A DNA stretch of 64,000 bases from Callorhinchus milii (Eukaryota): assembly GCF_018977255.1 (NCBI RefSeq), contig NW_024704742.1:58778001-58842000 (forward strand), in the 5' to 3' direction. The notes under the pieces are model-generated. The model saw only the letters and a program-made list of their open reading frames with translations. It did not search any database and was not told the DNA's origin. Shown here piece after piece: positions 25,106 to 38,591 of this stretch. Each line of letters begins with the position of its first letter. The stretch's first letter is position 1. The translations under genes and the position numbers were made by a program.

Positions 25106-27459
25106 CATTTGAAGTTATGATCGAACCTGGTACGGACCTGAGACCCAAATTCCTCCCAGACATAGATAGCCTCCAAAACACACTCAAGGCATGCAAGTAT
25201 ACCACGTGAATCATTGCTTTCAGGGCAAGAGTGCAGATTCTCCTTTAGAAGATTAAGTGCAATGTGTGGGAACTGTTATTAGTGAAAGCTAATGCCTCAT
25301 CAACTTTAGCTAGTAAAAGGGAGAATAAGCTATGTCCCAGACTCTGTGAGATACTGTATGAAATGCCTGCACTGATAACTCAACCACCCTGTCAGTGCAG
25401 CCGAAAGTTAAGGAGTCCACTTGACAAATTAAATTCTTTCCAAAGATATGAATTACTGTAAATCACTTTTATCTCGTATCCGGGGGAGATGGAACGTAAT
25501 GTTAAAAATGTCACTTTACAGATAGCAACGGCATTCAAACTCACCACGTCACTGGGAATTTTCAATTCCTTATGGTAAAGAAATGCCTTGCAGCAGTCCA
25601 CATTTGGCTGCAGTACAAAAGTTACATTGCTTTTCGTACAAGATACTGTGGTATGGATTTCAAGCAGGCTCTTGATAAACAAGCCAAGCTGTGTGCAAAC
25701 ATAGATTTTAACACACTGTCAATCGGCATATTAAGATTCAAGCCATTCAGAATAGTTTTGAAAATCCCTGAAATCTGATGCCTGTCCTCAGAATGTACCC
25801 GGCCACTGTCCAAGTGTAAACTGTTTGTCTGTCCCTGGGATTTGCTTCCGAGTTCTGGTATGTGGCAGCACAATCAAAGCAGTTGGATAACAGAGAAAAA
25901 GAACAGAGTACAAAGCTGGAAAGGTTTAGCAGTCTCGTTACTGACTGCTTCTCCCTCTAACAGGGTGAATGGCTTACAACTGCCTATTAAGCAATAACCA
26001 TGCAATGCTTCTCGCACAAGATCTGACACACCTCCAGTTTTAATGCAGAGGTTCAATGTACTTCACATGCTATGATCATAAAATCAGCCATTCTCTCTGT
26101 CTTATTGGGAAACCTTCACATTAAACAAATGGACCGTGCTACAGTATAATTCACTCTCATATCTATAAATGAAAACAGACATCACATGGTACACTTAAAG
26201 CACAAAGTCAATTCCAGGGTTCAGATGATGTTCATAAACCACCCACAGCTGGTTGTATATTCCACTTTGTGGCAGATTTTAAAGCCAAATAATTAATTGT
26301 AAAACCCCCAACTGCAGAATGAAGGAGGAGGCTACGAGTGAGTCATGATAATCTTCCTCACAACTAGGGTAATAAAGCATTATTCCACAATAAACAAGCT
26401 ATTCATAGAAGTTTAATGAAAAAAACAGGATACATTGATCCACTGTAACACACCTGAATGAAATGGAAAACTACATTTAGTCTTAGCGTTGCACAGAAAG
26501 AGGGTGGGGTACAAAACAGTCAGGGTTCCAGGGTCCTGATCAGCGCTCGATGACCCCTGCCTCAAACGTGTTAGTGCTATGCATAAATGGCTTATCTGTG
26601 AGCCTCTCACGGTTTTACATTCCCATCAGCATTCACAATGCAAGTTCAGTGATGCAAACTCGTGGAAGGCTACCCGTGGACTCACATATTAGCATAAATT
26701 ATATAGAATTACATAGAATCTACATTCAGCCCAATTGGTCCATGTCAGAGTTTATATTCTGCATTGTAATCGCCCCTACCCCCCCACCAGCAAGTACACC
26801 TCTATTCCCAACTCCCGTATATAAAATTTGCACCTTGTGAAAAGAAAAGAGAAATTAGTGGGAGAGAACTTTTCGATTCCTCATTATTCAGAAGTCCCTC
26901 CATCTCGTGCCCCACTTCCATACCCACTTTTAAAGCCCTAGCCCATCTGATTTACCATAGATTTGTGGGAGTTTATACAGGTAGAGTACTTCCAGGTGTA
27001 AAGGGCATTGTGAAACAGTAGTTTGCTCCAGGCAACACCAGCACTGAAAGCAATTCTCACTATCTCCAGAGATGTTGGTGGGATGGGGGCTGAACACAGA
27101 TGAGGTCCTGAAGTCATTCTGTAGAATACCACAGAGCAACTGTTTCACTCTACTAGGCTGCAGGCTGCACACTACACAGCAGGAACATCATATTCACATA
27201 TCTCATTGCTTTCTTCCTTCCCTCCAATAAAAAAAATCTCAGAGTAAGCACTTAGGAGGTCTTTTTGTCTGGAGAAGGGGAGGATGGAGAGTGCGAAACA
27301 ACCTGTAACCCATCAGCTTTCTGTATTCTTCACTCTTAACACTGCATTCCAGCAAACAATCCTCCAGATTATTTGGTCATTCGCTTCATGGAACCGTGAC
27401 GGAGCTGTCACATTTCCCTACAGTAACAATAGGCAACTGCGCTACACTTCCCCCAATAC

Positions 27460-27800
27460 TGCCCTGGGGTGTCAGCCTGGCGCACTTGGTAACACTATGA
27501 ACTCTGGGCCAGAAGGTTCTAGGTTCAAGGCCCAGTCGGGACTCCAGCTCACAGTCAGGGGTGCCATCCTTTGAGCGAGGTATTAAGTAAGGATAGATGT
27601 GGATATTATAGAGCTATTTGAAAAGAGTTTCACTGGGCCCACAATCCACCAGTTAATAATGTGATCATTCAATTCACAGCTGTTTGCGAGCCTTACTGTA
27701 CAAAATTGGCTGCCTACAAATACACTCAGCCACAATTATTCCTTTTGAATCACTTTGCAACATCTCCACTTGATAAGCTGGTGTAAAAATACAAGTTTGT
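27460..27800 (+). mobile_element. Degraded Deu-domain SINE
   Basis: CAGCCTGGCGCACTTGGTAACAC..CAGAAGGTTCTAGGTTCAAG head, GGTGCCATCCTTTGAGCGAG core and degraded 3' half. Confidence 0.65.
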
Positions 27801-28299
27801 TTTCTTTAATATTCTAAAGCTGCGTCAAAAACAGTTGGAAAAATGCTGCACCTGATGCCATTTTGGAGTGCATTCTCTGATACACTTGAACTTGAAGTGG
27901 AAACTGGTCACTAAATTGATTGAGAATTTTGTCTGCTTAAGATATCAGTTGTTATTTTAAAATGTAAGATTCCTTCAGAATTTTGGAAGACCTAATTTAA
28001 TTTCACTCTTGATTTGGAAGCCACTATTCTTGTCTGAGTTTCACTGAAGTCCCAGATCGGTTTATATTCTATGCTGCGCTGATAAATGTACAAAGCAAAC
28101 TCATAAACAATCATCGCAGGCTCATCATATACTGACTTCTGAAATCTATCAATTTAATTTAATTCAGTTAACCAACATCAATAGTTTCATGTTAACGGAG
28201 TTTACATTGCGGTTTTGGCATTACACCTGCTAATTATAAAATTGCCTTATATGCAGTTGTCTAACATTAGCATAATAATGCAAAATAATAATAACAATA

Positions 28300-28535
28300 A
28301 TGAAATTGGTCATTCATTTCATGGCTGTTTGTGGGCAAACTGGCTGCTGTGTACGCCTGCAAATGCAGTCACTACACTTTACAATATATTCTTTGAGACG
28401 TCTCAATGATGTGATAAGGCGTTATATCAAATTAAAGAATTATTATTTTTTAAAATTTATTTACACTAGTTCCAGTGAAGGGCTTTGAGATGTCTGAGCG
28501 ATGTGATAAGGAGCTATATCAAATGCAATAATTGT
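28300..28535 (+). mobile_element. SINE 3' half followed by a second tail-only copy
   Basis: AAATTGGTCATTCATTTCATGGCTGTTTGTGGG..GAGACGTCTCAATGATGTGATAAGGCG, then GTGAAGGGCTTTGAGATGTC..CAAATGCAA. Confidence 0.8.
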
Positions 28536-29380
28536 TATTGTAATAAGCTTGACAAAATGGTCCAAGAAGCAGTGAGAAGCGTGGGTTATGACATTGAATG
28601 AGCTGCAGCACATATATCATGTGTCGTCCAGTAAGATACAGAATTGAGGTAAAGTATCCCACGTCTGAGGACCAGTAACTAATCATACATGTTAAATAGA
28701 AATACATACCATGGGGAACAGAGAAAACACATCTGAATTTACTTCATTAAAACTGTAATGCTCCATAATCAATTATTGTGTGTTACAGTAAGTAATTAAA
28801 GGATGCTTTACTCATGAAATTTGGAACTTGCACGGAAAGCTAATGCAGAGACATGTTACATTTCCTGAGTGAGCTGGAGATTTCACATACGCTAAGTGTT
28901 TACAGATTACCCAGATGTCAATCTTTGCTTTCTTGACTGGCAGAAGTGAGTGTCACACAATCAATGTTGGCTTAATTTGCAAACATTGCAAAATCCCCAC
29001 TGAACTCAAGGCTGGAGAATAGATGAATGGTTCAACGGTTTGGAATTTGGATTAGGGGACGGTGTACCCACATAGACCACTATTAAATCGACAACAGCAA
29101 AAACTTGCATTTATATAGCGCCCTCCATGCCGGACGGCGTCCCAGAGCAATCCCTGCAGATCTGCATCACAATGCCAACTCTGGCCGTGCCACCATGATT
29201 GAACACTAACACATCCATTTCTTATTTACGGACGTCCTCCTTGTGTTACAATTCACTCTTATTGATGTGAACACTGATTGAAATTACAGTCTGCTGAGTG
29301 CTGTGGTTCAAACTCGATGTCCTGGCCTTGGAGATGCTTGCAACACTCAAAGAATTGTCGAATATGTGCTGCAGACTTGT

Positions 29381-29905
29381 GGAGTCCTGTACCTCAGTGG
29401 TTAGAGCACTCAACCACAACAAACAAAAAAAAACTTGCCTCTCAAGTGAGAAACTTGGGTTCATAGAATCAAAGAATCGTACAGCACAAAAAGAGGCCAT
29501 TCGGCCCATCGAGTCTGTGCCGACTCTTTGAAAAGAGCAATGTAATGTCAATCCCACTCCCCAGCCCTTTCCCCATAACCCTGCAAACCCGTCCTCCTCA
29601 AATACCCATCCACCGCGTTTTTAAAAGTTGTTATCGAATCGGCCTCGACCACCCTTTCAGGTTCGATTGCCAGCAGGGCGAAACCATGCGCAAGTTTCCT
29701 TACTCCACACGCCTGCTAATAATCCCTCAAGAAAACAAATAAAATAATAATTTGGTCATTCAATCCACGACTGTACGTAATTGGCTGCCGCATTTTGCCC
29801 ACAAATATACAGTCAATTCACTTTTACGGTATATTCCGTGAAGCGCTTTGAGACGTCTAGAAGACGTGAAAAGCAAATGCAAGGATTATTATTATTATTA
29901 TTATC
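29381..29905 (+). mobile_element. tRNA-Ala SINE split by a CR1 insertion in its B box
   Basis: Head at 29381-29462; body resumes at 29660 with GGTTC duplicated; (TTA)n tail to ~29905. Confidence 0.9.
29463..29659 (-). mobile_element. CR1-clade LINE 3' end
   Basis: Reverse of GCACAGACTCGATGGGCCGAATGGCCTC..TGTGCTGTACGATTCTTTGATTCTAT; matches 38390-38590. Confidence 0.9.
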
Positions 29906-30464
29906 AAACAACAAGTCCTTCAATGATAATCAGCAGAGAGAATGCAAAGGTTGAGGTCTGGGACACAATTTTTTGAAAGCTGCAAAGGGCTGCCATCAAC
30001 TAGAAGGCAGCAGACACTGATCGAACAGCAATAAAAGGCTTTTTATCCTCAGTTTCCAGGGTCAGTACAGGCGGTTGAATTCATCTGTCCTACTCACTGA
30101 TCCTCTCTATCTTCCATATACTTATCAAGGCTATGTGCTGCAGTGCTTAAGAACAAGACTGTGTGTTGCACTACCAAAACTCAATTGCTTGGAAAAGTGC
30201 TGCTTTGCATTGACCATAACATTGTAACTAGGAGTTAGAATTACATTACCAACACTAACATTCCACACACATAGATTGACACTTCATCAATGGTTATGGG
30301 TAATAGGTTTGCGTGGGTGGACAGACTTTAATGCTAAAGCTGAACAAAAAATTAAACTAAACAGGAATGAACATACTCATAAATTAAGAGAAATTTCTTC
30401 AAGTTTTACTTGAAAGGAAAGAACCTCTCCACCAAACTAATGAGAGGACACAAAAGTTGCATCA

Positions 30465-30993
30465 TCCAGAATTCTGCACCCCGTGTCCACTCCCGCACCA
30501 GGATCCGTGACCCTAGCACCCCCATCCTCATCCTAGCATTACCCGACTCCACTGCCTTCCGATCATACAGAGGATACAGTTCAAGATCCTGGTTCCAGCC
30601 TTTAAAGCCCTCCATGGAGCTTTCTCCCGCCTACTTCTGCAACCTCCTAATCCTCTACCAACCTGCCCGCTCCCTCCGTTCAGCGGCTCCAGCCTGCTTC
30701 ACGTCCCACGTCTTGCCACCCCACCAGTGGCAGACGGGCGTTCGGCCACTCTGCCCCCACCCACTAAAACTACATCTCGCAGACCCTCCACCTCGTCCCC
30801 TCCCTTGCCTCCTTCAAGACCCGTCTCAAGACCCTCCTCTTCGACCGCACCTTCGGGAACCCTCCTTCCCCCCCTGTCCTGCACCCTCCGTGATCCCGAC
30901 CACCAGCTCGGGTCTCAAATACTGATTGTCCAGTGCCTTGGGATGTCCTCCTTATGTAAAAGACACTATATAAATGTAATTTTCTTGTTGTTG
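30465..30993 (+). mobile_element. L2 LINE 3' fragment
   Basis: IIQNSA..SRTRIRD and LSPAYFCNLLILYQPARSLRS peptides plus L2 tail. Confidence 0.9.
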
Positions 30994-31129
30994 TACACAT
31001 CTATTTTACATAATCCAGGTGGATTTAGGCATAAATTGGTAAAATCCAGGACTTGCAGACCCAACACTGAATTTCCACCCACTCCTCCCCCATTTTTTCT
31101 ATCAATTTTCTCTAGGCTAGGTAATAATA

Positions 31130-31340
31130 ATCATAATAAATAATCTTTGCATCCCTGAAACTGACGTGAAGTGGATGACCAATTTTATTTGGTGGATTAT
31201 TGGTTAGGACACTGGGAGAAACTTAATTCTCTTATTGAGTAGTACAACAGGATCTTTAATATTCACATGATCAGGAAAACGGGATCTCAGTTTAACGTCC
31301 ATTAGGACAGCATCTCAAGCAATGCAATGCTTCCCCTGTG
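31130..31340 (-). mobile_element. Deu-domain SINE fragment
   Basis: GACCAATTTTATTTGG..GGACACTGGGAGAAAC..GGATCTTTAATATTCAC..CAGTTTAACGTC. Confidence 0.75.
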
Positions 31341-31341
31341 T

Positions 31342-31657
31342 TAATAATAATAATCCTTGCATTTGATATAGTGCTTTTAACGTCGGGAGGATGTCCCAAA
31401 GCGCTTCACAGAACACGCTGTAAAGTGAATTGACTGTATATTTGTGGGTGAACGCGGCAGCCAATGGCGCACAGCAGTGTCTCACAAACAGTCGTAGATT
31501 GAAAATGACCAATTTATTATTGTTTTTGGTTTTGGAGGGATTATTATTAGGTGTGTGGAGTAAGGAAACTTGCCCAAGGTTTCGCCCTCTGCCTGGAATT
31601 GAACTCAGGTCTCTCGCTTGCAAGGCGAGTGCTCTAACCACTGAGCTACAGGACTCC
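31342..31657 (-). mobile_element. tRNA-Ala-derived SINE, full length
   Basis: Intact reverse head GGAGTCCTGTAGCTCAGTGGTTAGAGCACTCGCCTTGCAAGCGAGAGACCTGAGTTCAATTCC. Confidence 0.93.
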
Positions 31658-31914
31658 ACATGTCTCTTGAAGACATGAAAAGTGCTATATCAAATACAAG
31701 GATTATTTTTATTTATTTATAAGAAGCCAGTTTGTTGCAGCTTAAATGTCAAGCCAAATCAGGTGAAACCTTGAACAAATTTGGTTTGGAGGCCGTGCCT
31801 CTCAGAATCATCACATCTGTTTGTGATTTACACCAAACAGATGTGACATTTCTACCTATTTAAACTTTTTTCAGGCTCTCTCTTATGAGGATATAAATGC
31901 TGCCCTTTTGCATG

Positions 31915-32315
31915 CTACCAGTTCAAGATCCTCACCTTATCCTTTAAATCTCTCCATGTTCTTACCCCACCTTACCTCTTTGACCTCCTCAAAACCTATA
32001 AACCCAGTCGCTCCCTCTGTTCAGTGGACATCAGCCTGCTTATGTCCCCACCACATCCCACCCTCAGCAGTTAAACTCCTGCAGTATTTCTGCTCCACCG
32101 TCTGGAACTCCATCCCTAGGTCCCTTCAACTCATTCCTTTTCTCGCACCCTTCAAAGTCCACTTCAAGACCTTCTTATTTGACTACTCTTTCTTTCCTCC
32201 CCTTGCATCCCAACTGCACTCCCCACTCCCAACTCGGGTGCAAACCTTAGACTTTTCAGCACCTTGGGACATCTTCCTGATGTGAAAGGTGCTATATAAA
32301 TGTAAATTTGTTTTG
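31915..32315 (+). mobile_element. L2 3' fragment
   Basis: CAGTTCAAGATCCTC and peptide VWNSIPRSL..FKVHFKTFLFD plus tail. Confidence 0.88.
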
Positions 32316-32489
32316 TATTGTGCATATACATAGTTAACTGATTTCCCTTTCTCGTGAGGGCACTGAACAATATGGAGTATAGTACCACAGATGCAACTGA
32401 TCTCCAGTACCACATTCAAGTGACTATTCTTGATATGGCAGGCCTCATATAGCCTTGTATGTCCTTGCCCACCATCAATATGCACATCT

Positions 32490-32680
32490 TCCAGCAACGT
32501 TCACTTGGTTGCTGTTGGGACTAAGAATTTTTGGCTAATATTTTCCTCTACACATTCTTGTGTCATTTGCTGCACACAAATTGTCTGCCATGCTTGCCTA
32601 CAAAATAATGGTCACTATGCTTTGCAGTGCATCCTCCCAACGTGAAAGGCGCTACATCAAATTCAAGGATTTTATTATTA
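32490..32680 (+). mobile_element. Degraded SINE 3' half
   Basis: CAAATTGTCTGCC..CATCCTCCCAACGTGAAAGGCGCTACATCAAATTCAAGGAT. Confidence 0.65.
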
Positions 32681-33214
32681 AAAAGATTACCATAACTGTA
32701 GTTTCAGTCAAGTTTTCCATGGATAAGATAGAGAAAAGCAAGCCACTTGTTCATCCCTGCTCCAAAATGTTTCTTCCACCCATTGCATAACATATTGCAG
32801 CCATATCTGCAACTGATTGTTGACTTGGATCTGATCTGAATCAGTAGTGCCAGTGTGTAAACAGGTTATTACAAAGCTTCTGCTAGGGATGCTTTGAACC
32901 TCTCAGAGTGATTTACAAACACTAGTCATTGTGTTCGCACCCTTATGTGAGATGTCTTTATTACTATTCAACTAAATCATTACTGATCCATTTCCTCCTC
33001 AGCAGTCTATCATTGAGGCTCTGAAATTCAGTTCAGGTGTAAACTGTAGACACATGCTCCAAGCCATTGGATATTCCTGATCGGCAGTACCAGTCAAACA
33101 GACAATACATTTCCCTTCTATCAACAGGCAGTGGTCACAACAGTACATGATAAATTGTACACCACTAAAACCAATGATTTTACCCTGCAACCTGCTGGTC
33201 TAAATACAATATAA

Positions 33215-33385
33215 TAATATAATTTACATTTATATTGTGCCTTTCATGTCAGGAAGGCATCTCAAAACATTTCACAGTGTTGTAGGCACCTGAGCTGGGG
33301 TGTGGGGAGCTGTGGGTGGGGAAGGGATGGACGACTGAAAGTATGGTCTAAGAAGTACATGCCTTGAAAGCGATGAGGGAGCAAG
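33215..33385 (-). mobile_element. L2 3' tail/UTR fragment
   Basis: AATTTACATTTATATTGTGCCTTTCATGTCAGGAAGG followed by G-rich reverse UTR. Confidence 0.65.
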
Positions 33386-35509
33386 TAAAAGAACCCAATG
33401 CTCACCAAGTAATGCCCTTACCAAGAAAGGGGAGAGGGGGGAGACCACAGTTTAATTTTCATTAATTAATGCCAAAATGAGTACACTTGGTAAAGCTTAA
33501 AAATGGCACAATCGTCAGCACTCAGCTGACATACCATAAAGTGGCTGATCTCCTAAATTGGGTTGATGACTGTTGAGTCTCCCAGCACTGGGAATGGGAA
33601 TGACATTTTCTCTCTCTGAAACTGGGTTCCTAGGCTCCACCTCCTGCATTGTGATAGGCTCAAAGCTAAAAATTTAGTTGCAACTTACTATTACCATTGG
33701 AAAGCTTCAGAAACTCTCAGTATCACTGACCCACCCACATGACAGAAAGATGCAGAATCGGTTAGGATGTTTGAAGGGAAACATAGATAAGCATGTATTA
33801 AGCATCAAATGCAAAGATTATTATTTATTTATATGGACAGAATACAAGTAACCAGGATTGGAAGATCTACCATGTCACTTACTTAAAATGGCAAACAGGC
33901 TCGATGGACATTAGTGACAAAAGTGTTGAGGCTCTATGTTAAATGCAAAGGTTACTACTATTATTACTATTAAACAGTGCAATGAAAAATGATTTAATGC
34001 TATAAATTGCAAGGTGACATTGAATTGGACAAATGGTCTTCATATAATGTCTTATCCGAAGTACAACACCACCGACAATGCAGCACACCCCCAGCAATGC
34101 GCTGGAATATCAGCCTCGACTGTGAGTTCCACATCCCATTTACACTGAGCAGAGTAAATTTCACTTAACATCACAAACTCCGACATCACTTCGACTCCAT
34201 CACTGATGCCCAGCCACTACTGTGATATGCCTAGTGACGTACTCTCGATGTGAAAGGCAGTATATAAATGTAAATTAGCGTTGTCTTAGAACCAAGCACT
34301 GTCATTGTTAACTATAAGTCTGAAAATTGCACAGATCAAGATTGACTCGCGAAAAAAAAAAGCATGAGCAGTCTCAGTGAAGCTGAACTTGATGTTGCAC
34401 AAGATCATGCAAATGCTATCTTGCTACTTTGATAGCAGAGGAATATAGAGCTGCTCAGCATCCTGAGGTGACACTCTCACTTAAAAGAACTCCCTCCAGT
34501 ATATGCCACAGACATATCGGATTTATTCTCAGTGTCTTTCCTTGCAAAAACTGTAAAGGTAGCAGTTTTTCAGCTGCACTACCTGTCAGATGAGCAAATG
34601 TTAAAATACCAACTAAAGCAAGAAAGGCAACATGTATATCAGCTGTGTTAAAATAAGGCTGTCGTCAGTGTCATCCTGCCTTTATAAACTACACGGCAAA
34701 GCACAGTTCTTTTGATCCCAGTGGAGATTCTTTGAAGATTGGGGTCAATTAATGATATAGCTGTCAGAGGCCTGAACAATTCAACATTCCCCGACTTCAA
34801 ACCAGTCACTCCTGCTGCTCATCAGCACCCTCTGCAATTGTCACTGCTACTGAAAGCACGTCATTGTTCAGAGACACACTGCCCTGCTTTAAGGTTAGTT
34901 TTTACTAGCCTACTCCACCATTTCCCTTTCACAGATAACAAGAGAGAAAGAAAGAGACATGCACACAAACTCAGGAGGAATTAACAATACTATCTGTGAT
35001 AGTATTGGCATCATTAACTCCAGCATCATTCTTTTGTTGAGGCAGAATGATAAATTTAGTAGGGATCACGATAGCTGTCTGATCATTTGTTCAGGTTTCC
35101 AGTTGGCCAATGACTAGAAAGCAAGTCTTCACAAATGTTTGAACTGCAGTATTGTTTGTGAAAGCCCAGTTACACATATCTCTAAATCAACTGAAAAATT
35201 ACCACATCATACCTTTAAAGAAAGTGTATGTTTCTCAACTAAGTTTTTGTATTTAGTTATGTCTATTCCTCTGCATTATTATGCTGTCACTTTTTTATTG
35301 TCTGCTGTGCCGTATCGCCATGCTTTCAAAATATATGATCAACACACTCCCCCGCCTCTTCCTCCTGCTCAGAGAGCAACATCATCTCTCAGAAGTGCTT
35401 TGCGACATTCATCTTGGATGAAGTGCAAGTTGTTTTTGTTGGAAATTCAATTCTTGGATTTGATGTGGCACTTTATCATAGGATTTTACTGTAAATGTAG
35501 GGGTAAAGG

Positions 35510-36215
35510 GTAGCTACTCAGACTGGCAGTGGTGTTCCACAAGGATCGGTGTTGGGACCATTGTTGTTCACAATATACATTAACGATTTGGATTCAGGAA
35601 TCAGCAGGATAATTTCAGAATTTGCGGACGACACCAAATTGTGGGGAGTAGTTAATACAAAGGAGGACTGCAACAAATTACAGCAAGACATTAATAAACT
35701 TGCTGAATGGGCATTTACATGGCAAATGCATTTCAATGTAGAAAAGTGTGAGGTGGCATGTTTTGGTAGAAGGAATAAGGAACTCACATACATCCTGGAA
35801 AATAAAAACCTAAATGGGGTAGAGGAGCAATGGGACCTAAGGGTACACAACACAATTCACTAAAAGTAGCAACCCAGGCTAATAAGGCCATAAAAAAATA
35901 AACCAGACATTGGGGTTCATTTCTAGAGGGATAGAAATGAAAAGCAGGGAAGTTATGGTAAACTTGTATAGAATCTTGGTAAGACCACACTTGGAATAAA
36001 TACTGTGTGCAGTTCTGGTCCCTGCAATATAGAAGCTATGTAGCGGCACTGGAGAGGGTGCAAAGGAGATTCACAAGGATGATCCCAGAACTAAAAGGTT
36101 ATACCTATCAGGAAAGGCTGAACGTACTTGGACTCTTTTCTCTTGAAAAAGAGGAGGGTAAGGGGTGACCTGATAGAGGTCTTTAAAATGATGAAAGGTT
36201 TTGATAGGGTAGACA
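35510..36215 (+). mobile_element. CR1-clade LINE fragment with reverse-transcriptase domain (disrupted)
   Basis: SGVPQGSVLGPLLFTIYINDLDSGI..FADDTKL..LQQDINKLAEWA..WQMHFNVEKC, with stops and frameshifts downstream. Confidence 0.95.
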
Positions 36216-36219
36216 TAGG

Positions 36220-36440
36220 ACACCAGGTGAAATTCTCTTCTCGAATAATGCCATAAAATCTTTAACATCAACCTGAACAGGCAAATGGGACTAGTTCAAC
36301 ATCTCACCTAAAGGATGCCACCCCTATCAATTGAGTGCTTACACAGCACTATACACGAATGTCAGCATGGACTGTGAGATTAGTCCTACATGATGCTTGA
36401 ATGCACAATCATCTGACTCAGAGGCAACTGAGCCAGGCTG
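36220..36440 (-). mobile_element. Deu-domain SINE 5' half
   Basis: ATCTTTAACATCAACCTGAACAGGCA and reverse head TCTGACTCAGAGGCAACTGAGCCAGGCTG. Confidence 0.75.
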
Positions 36441-37569
36441 CCAGTCAGGCTAATATATTTAATAAGAGCAATCTGTGTTTAATTAATTACACTTCCTGAG
36501 TTCTCATTAACTTTTTCTACTGACATTTATGGGTAATATCTTCTGCAGGATTTGTCATGTCCTGTCTGAATAGTGTTCCTTTTAACAGAGACAAACTGGC
36601 TTTGAATTATGTTGGAGACAGCAAGTCCTCTAAGGATCTCAAAATGACACTGGACCACAGTTACATTCTTTGAGGGCAAAACAATGTGCACAAAATGCAG
36701 AGACGGGGTGAATAAGTGTTAATCTTTACAGCCAGAAAATGACAGTATGTGCAGACTACAGGAGTGAAATTGGACCTGGAAATCATTTATGTCTTCAAAA
36801 TAGATCCCATTTGTTCATATCATCAACTTGTCCTGAAAAGAATCATCTGGTCAACTTTACATATCCTACCAGCAGACCAATGACTAATTGAACACTTTGA
36901 TTGATCATATTCACTGATTTCTTAAGGTTACAATATTGGGCTTTTCAGTACTCCTGTTATCATTAAATGCACTGAGGTCCGAAATAACTCAATTTTTCAA
37001 TTCATTTGAGCCAGTATTCATTTCAGTATTCTAAAATTAGCTGCAATTCATCCCAGTGGAATAAGCAAAAACTTTAAATTGTGTAGAAGCTTCTATGTTC
37101 TTGATTGCATTATGAGTGAACTCTGCAATTTCAGCCACTAATTGTGTTTGATTTTTGACTGTGTTTTCTGAAAGGTTCAATAAGTATTGTGCAATGTAGT
37201 CAAAATTGCTATCTGGGGTAAGGTTTTAATATAAAAAAAAGTGCCCAGTCTTCCTTCAATTTACCTGACCTTTCCGAGCTGAATATCACACAACTTGTAG
37301 TTGGTTATATATTTCTCTGGTCAGCTTGATATGCACTTCTATTGCACTTATGTGATTTGCCCTATCTTGATCAATAACAGTGTTACAATTTACAGGCTTT
37401 TCTTCATCAAGAAACATCCATATCAGCTGTGCTACCTGAGGCAAATGACAGTCCATGGTTTTCAATGTGTAACACTGTTTTGATGTCAAGATGAGAAATT
37501 TGGGGGGGGATTTTTTTCTGCTCTATAATCCCTACACTTGCTAAAAGCACCGATAAGAGTCAAAATAGC

Positions 37570-37830
37570 TCAAAGCACTACACAATTTTTCTGGAATGCA
37601 TAGTAATTATGTTCTTGTAGGTGAATACAGCAATCAATTTGCATGCAGTAATATCCCCCAAACAGCCATGAAGTGAAGGACCAATTTACCTGGAGGACAG
37701 TTGGCCAGAACATCAGGAGAAATTCCCTTCTCTTTTTCAATAGTGTCTTTAATGTCTTCCTGAACAGGCAAACGGCAACTTGGCTAACAACCAAAAAAAC
37801 GGCACCTATGATGATGCAGGGCTCCCCAAG
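37570..37830 (-). mobile_element. Degraded Deu-domain SINE
   Basis: CCCCCAAACAGCCATGAAGTGAAGGACCAATTT..CTGAACAGGCA. Confidence 0.7.
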
Positions 37831-37854
37831 GAGTGTTTTGTAACAACAACAACG

Positions 37855-38590
37855 TACAGGGGGTGAACGTACAGAGAGATCTGGGTGTTCAAGTAAGCGA
37901 ATCATTAAAGGTAGCGGGGCAGGTAGATAAGGCAGTAAAAAAGGTATTTGGTGTACTGAGCTTTATTAGTAGGGGCATAGAGTATAAGAGTAGGGAGGTT
38001 ATGGTTAATGTATACAGAACACTGGTTAGGCCTCAGCTGGAGTACTGTGTTCAGTTCTGGGCACCTTACCTCAGGAAGGACATTAAGGCACTGGAAATGG
38101 TGCAGAGGAGATTCACGAGAATGATAGCAGGAATGGGGAAATTTAGCTATGAGGACAGGCTGGAGAAGTTAGGACTTTTCCCATTAGAGCAGAGAAGGTT
38201 ATGCGGGGACCTGATAGAGGTCTTCAAGATCATGATAGGTTTCGACAGGTTAGATAGGGAAAAGCTGTTTCCGCTGGTAGGTGTGTCTGTGACCCGTGGT
38301 CACAGTCTTAAGATATCTACCAAAAGAAGCAGAGGGGAGGTTAGAAGAAATTTTTCACTCAGCGAGTTGTTCGAATTTGGAATGATCTGCCTGAAAGGGC
38401 AGTGAAGTCCGATTCAACAACAGCTTTTAAGAGAGAACTGGATAGGTATCCGGGGAAGATGGGTTTGCAGGGTTATGGGGAGAAAGGTGGTGATTGGGGT
38501 TAGTGAAAGTGACTTGCTCTGTCAAAGAGCCGGCACAGACTCGATGGGCCGAATGGCCTCCTTCTGTGCCGTAACATTCTATGAATCTAT
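37855..38590 (+). mobile_element. CR1-clade LINE 3' fragment (ORF2 C-terminus and 3' UTR)
   Basis: QRDLGVQV..YRTLVRPQLEYCVQFWAPYLRKDIKALEMVQRRFTRMI..LEQRRLCGDLIEVFKIM; UTR GATGGGCCGAATGGCCTCCTTCTG ending ATTCTATGAATCTAT. Confidence 0.95.
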
Positions 38591-38591
38591 A

